The notes under the pieces are model-generated. The model did not search any database, was not told the origin of the DNA, and saw only the letters and a program-made list of their open reading frames with translations. From an uncultured Gemmataceae bacterium (lineage in GTDB: Bacteria; Planctomycetota; Planctomycetia; Gemmatales; Gemmataceae), in NCBI GenBank assembly GCA_963750165.1, contig CAVVPN010000011.1, positions 1,696,001 to 1,760,000 of the forward strand: 64,000 nucleotides of DNA, written 5' to 3'. The position numbers and the translations under genes were made by a program. Below are positions 58,244 to 64,000 of this stretch, piece by piece (position 1 is the stretch's first letter; each line of letters begins with the position of its first letter).

Positions 58244-60693
58244 GTGCGCCGTGTCACGGCTGATCTCATCACCGCTTGAAGCGGTAGGGACTTGACCGAA
58301 GTCCCTGGGCCAGCGCCTAAGCCGAGTCCGAAAGGACGGAGCAAAAATAGCATGGCGTGCAGAAGCGTGGAGTGGAGTAACCGCAATACAAACTGCCACG
58401 CAGGCCCGCGTCCCAAGGCTAAGGCTAAACTGCTTGAATCCGAATCCCCAAGCGCTTATGAAGCGAGCCTCCGGAAACGCGGTTGATTACCGGATGCGGT
58501 TGGTATGCGAGGAAAAGTGCGTCGGGTTCCCCGCAAGGTCAAGCCAACCGGCGACCACAAGACAGTGAGTTCAAGGGGATGAGTCGGAAGCCTACAGGAC
58601 GCTAGAACGTGAGAGCAGTTCGGAACACGGGATTGCCTACGGGGGGCGACCCCTATGGCAACGGAGCCGCCGTAGTAGTCCGAGGTCGGGAAAGCCGGCC
58701 ACATGGCGAAGGGCGGCAGGTGTCTGAAGACCTGGCATACGAAGGCGGTGCGTGATGCACAACACCCAACGTAAAGACGCGATCCACGAGGAACGCGGCA
58801 GGCGAGGTCTGAAACTGGAACGTCTGTATCGTGAACTCTACGACCTGGACCGCTACTTGCAGGCGTACGGCAAGCTGTACCGCAACGACGGTGCCATGAC
58901 GCCCGGAGTGACGACGGAAACGGTGGACGGAACGTCGGTGGAGAAGATGCAACTGATCATCCGGCACCTGCGGGATGGCAGTTTCGGCTGGACGCCGACC
59001 AAGCGAATCCACATCCCCAAGAAAAACGGGAAGATGAGGCCGCTGGGATTACCGACGTGGTCCGACAAACTGGTCCAAGAAGTAATCCGCTCCCTCCTGG
59101 AGCCTTACTACGAGGCCAAGTTTCAGGACAGCAGCCACGGGTTCCGACCGAACCGAGGGTGCCACACCGCCCTGCAAACCTGCAAGCAGAAATTCAGGGG
59201 GGCGAGTTGGTTCATCGAAGGGGACATCAAGGGATGCTTCGACAACATCGATCACGATGTCTTGCTCGACATCCTGCGGGAATCCATCGACGATGAACGA
59301 TTCGTTCGGCTCGTCAAGGACATGCTGGAAGCGGGGTATTTGGAGGAATGGCGGTATCACGACACCCACTCGGGGACTCCCCAAGGCGGCGTGATCAGCC
59401 CCCTCCTGGCCAACGTCTACCTGCATAAACTGGACGAGTTCGTGGAAGACGTCCTGATCCCTCGACACACCCGAGGAGGAACAAGGAAGCACAACCCGGA
59501 ATACCGGAGCATCTGTGACCAGATGAAGAAGGCCAAGAAGTACGAGGACTGGAACAGCTGGTGGGAACTAAAGAAGGTGCAACGCACCCTCCCGTCCCTC
59601 AACCAAATGGACCCAGCCTTCCGGAGACTGGCCTACGTCCGTTATGCCGACGACTTCCTCCTCTCGTTCACGGGGCCAAGGTCAGAAGCCGAAGACATCA
59701 GGCAGCAAATCGGTGACTTCCTGAAAAGCACCCTGAAGCTGCAACTGTCCGAGGAAAAGACTTTGATCACCCACGCGAGGACCGAGAAAGCACGATTCCT
59801 GGGGTATGACATCACGATTATGCACGAAAATAATCAGATGTCAGCCGGCAGAAATCACGCCGGACGGTTCTTCAAACGGTCGATCAACGGGGGCGTCATG
59901 CTCTCGGTGCCCTGGGAAAAGATCGAGGCGAAGTGCCATGACTTTATGAAAGGCGACAAAATCCGCAAGCGACTCGACCAGACAACCAACGAGGACTTCT
60001 CCATCGTGGCCTGGTACGGGATCGTCTTCCGAGGCGTGGCCGAATACTACTGCATGGCACACGACCGGGCGAAGAAGCTGTCAAAGCTGAAAAACGTCAT
60101 GCAAACGTCGATGCTAAAAACTCTGGCTGCCAAGCACAAGACGAGTGTCGCTGCAATGGCAGGCAAATACAGAGTCCAACTTCAGACGCCAAATGGCGAA
60201 TACACAGCTTACCAAGTGGTGATTCCGAGAGAAGGAAAACTCCCGCTCATCGCCACCTTTGGGGGCTTCGGGCTCAGACGGCAGGACAAGGACATCAACG
60301 ACGCCCCGTCCCGTAACCGGAACGGGCGAACTGAAATCCTGGAACGACTTCTGGCAGACCAGTGCGAATACTGCGGAGCAGAAGGGGACTGCGAAGTCCA
60401 CCACATCCGCAAACTGGCGGCACTGCTGAAGCAGAAGAAGGTCACAGGATGGAAGCGGTTGATGACCATCAGAAAACGAAAGACGTTAGTTCTCTGTCAG
60501 AAATGCCACTCGGCACTACATGCCGGGAAACTGGACTAACAGAGACTCCGGAGACACTGGAGAGCCGGATGCGATGAAAGTTGCACGTCCGGTTCGGAGG
60601 GGGGCCATCGGAAAAGGGACTCATCCACGTTCGGGAACTGGTTACTGGTTGACTGTTCCCGGTATGAGTCACCTCGCCGGTGGCCTACCCTAC
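58244..60693 (+). mobile_element. Group II intron, subgroup IIA (ML-like), 2450 nt
   Basis: 5' GTGCGCC; domain V 60562-60595 with AGC triad; domain VI with bulged A at 60687 (-7); 3' AC; EBS1 58520-58526 complementary to the exon 1 end; removal restores the host frame. Confidence 0.95.
58755..60539 (+). CDS. ltrA: Group II intron-encoded reverse transcriptase/maturase with HNH endonuclease (LtrA-like)
   Basis: IPKKNGKMRPLGLP, SHGFRPNRGCHTAL, IEGDIKGCFDNIDH, GTPQGGVISPLLANVYL, YVRYADD, FLGY, CEYC..EVHH..RKTLVLCQKCH. Confidence 0.96.
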   Translation: MHNTQRKDAIHEERGRRGLKLERLYRELYDLDRYLQAYGKLYRNDGAMTPGVTTETVDGTSVEKMQLIIRHLRDGSFGWTPTKRIHIPKKNGKMRPLGLPTWSDKLVQEVIRSLLEPYYEAKFQDSSHGFRPNRGCHTALQTCKQKFRGASWFIEGDIKGCFDNIDHDVLLDILRESIDDERFVRLVKDMLEAGYLEEWRYHDTHSGTPQGGVISPLLANVYLHKLDEFVEDVLIPRHTRGGTRKHNPEYRSICDQMKKAKKYEDWNSWWELKKVQRTLPSLNQMDPAFRRLAYVRYADDFLLSFTGPRSEAEDIRQQIGDFLKSTLKLQLSEEKTLITHARTEKARFLGYDITIMHENNQMSAGRNHAGRFFKRSINGGVMLSVPWEKIEAKCHDFMKGDKIRKRLDQTTNEDFSIVAWYGIVFRGVAEYYCMAHDRAKKLSKLKNVMQTSMLKTLAAKHKTSVAAMAGKYRVQLQTPNGEYTAYQVVIPREGKLPLIATFGGFGLRRQDKDINDAPSRNRNGRTEILERLLADQCEYCGAEGDCEVHHIRKLAALLKQKKVTGWKRLMTIRKRKTLVLCQKCHSALHAGKLD

Positions 60694-61181
60694 CGCTGAA
60701 GCGCGCCGCGGTCAAGTTCGGCATCGGCCGTTATTTGTATCGACTGCCGAACCAGTGGGTCGATTACGACATGCAGAAGCGCACCTTCGCGCGGACGCCG
60801 ACGCTGCCGGCGATGTACCTGCCGAAGAAGGCCGAGCCGGTACTTGAGGCCGCGGCCCCGGCACCGAAGCCCACCGCGAAACCCGCGGCCAAACCGGCGC
60901 CGAAGACCGCCGCCAGGGTCGCGGCGCACACACTGCCGAGCAGCGGCGACGAGTTCCAGCGGCGGTTGTACGACTATGACGCCAAGCTGGCACGCGAGGG
61001 CGTGTGTCAACCGGGTGAACTGGTCAAGCGCGTCGTCGAGGCGGGCGCGAAGGCAGGCTTCGACCCGGACCTGGCCACCTGGGACGCCCGGGGCATCACC
61101 CTGGCTGCGGAGCAGACCAAGGTGTTCGAGGCACACGCCCGGCAGCGGCCGGCACCGCCGCAGCGCAAGGAAGTCGCGTAG
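60694..61181 (+). CDS. Rad52/Rad22-family protein, exon 2
   Basis: ^ALKRAAVKFGIGRYLYRLPNQWVDYD, Ala/Pro/Lys linker, C-terminal domain, TAG at 61179-61181. Confidence 0.9.
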
Positions 61182-61186
61182 GGAAA

Positions 61187-61294
61187 AGGATTTCACCACA
61201 GAGAACGTGGAGAATGCGGAGAAAAAACAAAGAATGGCAATTTAATTCTTTTGTCGTTTCTCCGCGCACTCCGCGTTCTCTGTGGTGAAATCCT
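61187..61294. repeat. Long imperfect inverted repeat with 9-mer periodicity between convergent genes
   Basis: aggatttcaccacagagaacgtggagaatgcggagaaa ... tttctccgcgcactccgcgttctctgtggtgaaatcct. Confidence 0.8.
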
Positions 61295-61299
61295 CTTCG

Positions 61300-61863
61300 T
61301 TAACCGCCCGCCGAGCGCTGCACCTCCTGCGCCGTCTTCAACGAACTCTTCCAATCATCCACGCCCGAGCGCCAGTCGTCCACCTGCTCCGAAGGAACGA
61401 CCGCGACCAGCGTGCCGGTGACGTTCGCTAGCACCGGCGCGATCGCCGATTTCTCCAGCAATTCGTCGGTGACGGTGTGGGGGAAATTCATCATGGCCAG
61501 GAAGATGCCGCCGAGCACCACGGCGGTCTTGCCAGCGCCGAGGACGCCGCCAAGGACGCAATTCATCGTCTGCAGCTTGATCTCCTTGAGCCACTTCTCC
61601 GCGGCCAGTGAGGCGAAGTGGAACGCCAGGTACACGACCACGAACACCAGCAAATAAGCCAGCGCCCCGCTGACGCGCGGGTCCGCTTCCTGGAGCACCG
61701 CGTCGGACAGGGCACTGCTGGCCCATTCGTGCAGGGCGACCGCGGCGTAGACGCCGACACTGAGGCCGACAACGCGCGCCACCTGCATGAGCAGCCCGGA
61801 GATGGCGCCGAAGGTTGCCCCGACGCCGAGTAGAACCAGGATGATGGTGTCGAGCCAGTGCAT
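61300..61863 (-). CDS. cvpA: CvpA-family (colicin V production) membrane protein
   Basis: WLDTIIL..G...GL, four TM helices, N..LGGVLGAGK, S.IAP. Confidence 0.82.
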   Translation of the reverse strand: MHWLDTIILVLLGVGATFGAISGLLMQVARVVGLSVGVYAAVALHEWASSALSDAVLQEADPRVSGALAYLLVFVVVYLAFHFASLAAEKWLKEIKLQTMNCVLGGVLGAGKTAVVLGGIFLAMMNFPHTVTDELLEKSAIAPVLANVTGTLVAVVPSEQVDDWRSGVDDWKSSLKTAQEVQRSAGG

Positions 61864-62106
61864 GGCGTGCATCCTCGGGGCGGGCAGGACTCAAACCTCA
61901 TTATTCACATCCGGTCAACCGACGCAAGCACCGCCGGATGAATCCGTGAGCTGGCGGCGCCGACCAGACCGCACGGCCGCCCTATTTGGTAATTCGCTCA
62001 CCGTCGCCCATCCTCGGCGCAAAATGTAACTCCCGCGCCCGCCGCTGGCTCCAATCCCGAGATGTACCGCCGTTTTTGGGTGTGCCGCTGGATTTGGCAT
62101 TTGCGG

Positions 62107-62173
62107 GCGAACGGCGCGGCGTCAGCCCGCCGGTGCTTCAAAGTACCGGCGGCCTGACGCCGCGCTGCTCGCC
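62107..62173. repeat. Imperfect palindrome (REP-like / terminator)
   Basis: gcgaacggcgcggcgtcagcccgccggt ... accggcggcctgacgccgcgctgctcgc. Confidence 0.6.
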
Positions 62174-62213
62174 AGGGAGTGACCTTGGCCGCGCTGGTCG
62201 CAGTAGTTGGCGC

Positions 62214-64000
62214 TCAGCGGTAGCGCACCGCCCACGGCCGGCCATTGCACTGGCGCTCGAAGATGCGGTTGCCGTTGCGGTCCAGCTCGGCGATCTGGCG
62301 CGTCGTCATGCTTGCCACCAGCGTATTGCCGTTCGGCAGCCGCGTCGCCCGGAAGACGCCCGGCATATTCGCCTTCCAGAACACCTTGCCCGTCGTGTCG
62401 ATCTCACGCACCTCGCCCTGCGACATCAACGCCACCAGGTAGCGGCCGTTCGGCAGCAGCTCGACGCTGCACCAGTTGCCGTTGGCGCCGAGGTTGATCG
62501 TCCGCACTTCCTTGCCGGCCGTGTCCATCTCCACAATGGTGCCGTTGGAGGTGATGTACAGGATGTTGCCGTTGCGCAGTTTCTGGGCGCCGAAGATGAT
62601 GTAGCCGTTGCGCTGATGCGTGTAGACGACGTTGCGCGTCGGCGACAGCTCCAACACCTGGTTGTACGCGGCGATGAAGGTGTTGCCGTTGGGCAGCCGC
62701 TGCACGGCCACCGGGTTGTTGACGCGGTATTCCCAGATCACGGTGCCCTTCTTGTCGCGCTCGCTGACCCTGCTGCCGGAGTTCTCGGCCACCAGCACGT
62801 TGCCGTTGGGCAGCACCTGGCCGTCCATGGCGCCGAGCAAATTCTTGATCTCCCAGCGCGGCTTGCCGTCGCGGCCGCACTCCCAGAGGCGGCCCTGACC
62901 GCCGCCGTTGAACGAGTCGTACTCGGCGATGGTGTACAGGCCCTGGAAGTGGTCGTCGCGCAGGTGCTGGCCGAGGTCGATGCGGTCGCCCTGCTCGCGC
63001 CACCAGGCGGCCCAGGCGACAGCGGCCTTGGCGCGGCCGCCCGGGCCGGGCGACTCCACCGCCAGCGGCGTCGGCGACTTGCCACCGGCCAGGCGCACCA
63101 GCGGTTCCTCCACCTTCCACACCAGGCTCTCCGGCGCGACCCGCAGCAACTCGATCAGCGCCGGCACCGCCTGCTTGTCACGGCCGGCCAGCAGTCCCTG
63201 AGCGGCGCGCAGCCGCACCTTCAGCGTCGGGTCGTTCAGCAGTTTGCGGACCTGCTGCCGCTGCGCCTCGGTGCCGACGCGGCCCAGCACATAGGCGGCG
63301 GCGGCGCGGCGCAACGGCAGCGGGTCGGTCAGCGCCTTGACCAGCGCCGGCTCAAGTTCCGGCCGCCGCACGCTCAACAGGCTCAGGCTGGTCAGCACCT
63401 CCTCCTCGATCTGCTCGTCGTCGGCGAAGGGGAAGTAGGTCAGCAGGGCCTGCAGCGGTTCGGCGGTCTTGCCGTCCTTGACGGCGGGCAGATCGGTCAG
63501 CAGCCGGGCGGCGGCGATCGGCAGGGCCGGCGGCTCCGGCGGTTTGATGCGGTCGATGCACACCTGGGCCCGGCGGGCCTTCTCCGCCACGGGGTCGTCA
63601 GTCGCCAGGCGCAGCAGCGGGATCGCCAGCGGACCGCGCTCGATCAGCTTGCGGCTGGCCTGCTCGCGCACGGCGTAGCTTTTGGCGCCCAGCTGGACGA
63701 TCAGCGTCCGTATGTGCTCCTGGTCCTTCTCGCTCAGAGTGCGCGCCAGCAGGAATTTTTGCAGGGCCTGCTGGTCAACGGCCAGCTTGGCGTTCTGGAA
63801 AACGACGGCGGCCTGGGCGACGTTTTCGCGGGCGCCGAGCACGGTGCGCTTGCCGAGAAAGCCGGCGGCGGCGCGCTGCTGCACGGCCTCGTTCTTGTCC
63901 GCGAGCACGGCGCGCAACTGGTCGCGCTGGCCGGAGGAGCCGAACTGGGCCACGACGAACGCGGCGGTGGCGCGGCGGTCGGCGTCCTTGTCCTTGAGGG
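62214..64000 (-). CDS. HEAT-repeat plus PQQ-like beta-propeller protein, 5' end outside window
   Basis: HEAT repeats (ALTDPLPLRRAAAA, LLNDPTLKVRLRAA) then repeated RLPNGNTLV / V.E.D..GK..W blades. Confidence 0.82.
   Translation of the reverse strand, partial: LKDKDADRRATAAFVVAQFGSSGQRDQLRAVLADKNEAVQQRAAAGFLGKRTVLGARENVAQAAVVFQNAKLAVDQQALQKFLLARTLSEKDQEHIRTLIVQLGAKSYAVREQASRKLIERGPLAIPLLRLATDDPVAEKARRAQVCIDRIKPPEPPALPIAAARLLTDLPAVKDGKTAEPLQALLTYFPFADDEQIEEEVLTSLSLLSVRRPELEPALVKALTDPLPLRRAAAAYVLGRVGTEAQRQQVRKLLNDPTLKVRLRAAQGLLAGRDKQAVPALIELLRVAPESLVWKVEEPLVRLAGGKSPTPLAVESPGPGGRAKAAVAWAAWWREQGDRIDLGQHLRDDHFQGLYTIAEYDSFNGGGQGRLWECGRDGKPRWEIKNLLGAMDGQVLPNGNVLVAENSGSRVSERDKKGTVIWEYRVNNPVAVQRLPNGNTFIAAYNQVLELSPTRNVVYTHQRNGYIIFGAQKLRNGNILYITSNGTIVEMDTAGKEVRTINLGANGNWCSVELLPNGRYLVALMSQGEVREIDTTGKVFWKANMPGVFRATRLPNGNTLVASMTTRQIAELDRNGNRIFERQCNGRPWAVRYR

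Noticed and set aside
57886..61181. Prophage, since Rad52-like Sak genes are often phage-borne
   Set aside because: No integrase, structural or replication genes nearby; flanked by cvpA and host-type genes

Overview
GC-rich bacterial chromosome segment. Gene content (Zn-ribbon/TM proteins, HEAT/beta-propeller proteins, a giant PilX-like protein, long TolC lipoproteins) points to a Planctomycete, probably Gemmataceae-like; this is inferred, not searched. Left to right: glycogen cluster (glgA, GH57, GalT-like); cysteine-desulfurase-like, lactonase and Zn-ribbon membrane genes; a GT2 plus BshC-like pair; a sigma54-driven Hsp20 pair; a ~14 kb accessory island (~14.7-29.0 kb) with IS debris, an RND pump whose permease carries an unusual C-terminal AAA-associated domain, and a TetR module; then core genes (nnrE, kdgK, eda, PIN/TRAM, dGTPase, HIT, argS, rsfS), a MacAB-TolC-type exporter, a GNAT-PLP fusion, an asparaginase-2 family gene, a frameshifted ~1370 aa PilX-like gene and cvpA. 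The best-supported highlight is an apparently intact group IIA intron (58244-60693, RT/maturase/HNH ORF) inserted in the conserved SD^ALKRAA motif of a chromosomal Rad52/DdrA-like annealing gene; splicing restores a 281 aa ORF and the EBS/IBS, delta-delta', domain V and branch-A elements are all visible. Intergenic regions hold several REP-like palindrome families and inverted 7/8/9-mer micro-repeat hairpins. No rRNA, tRNA or CRISPR array was seen. All family assignments come from motif recognition by eye.
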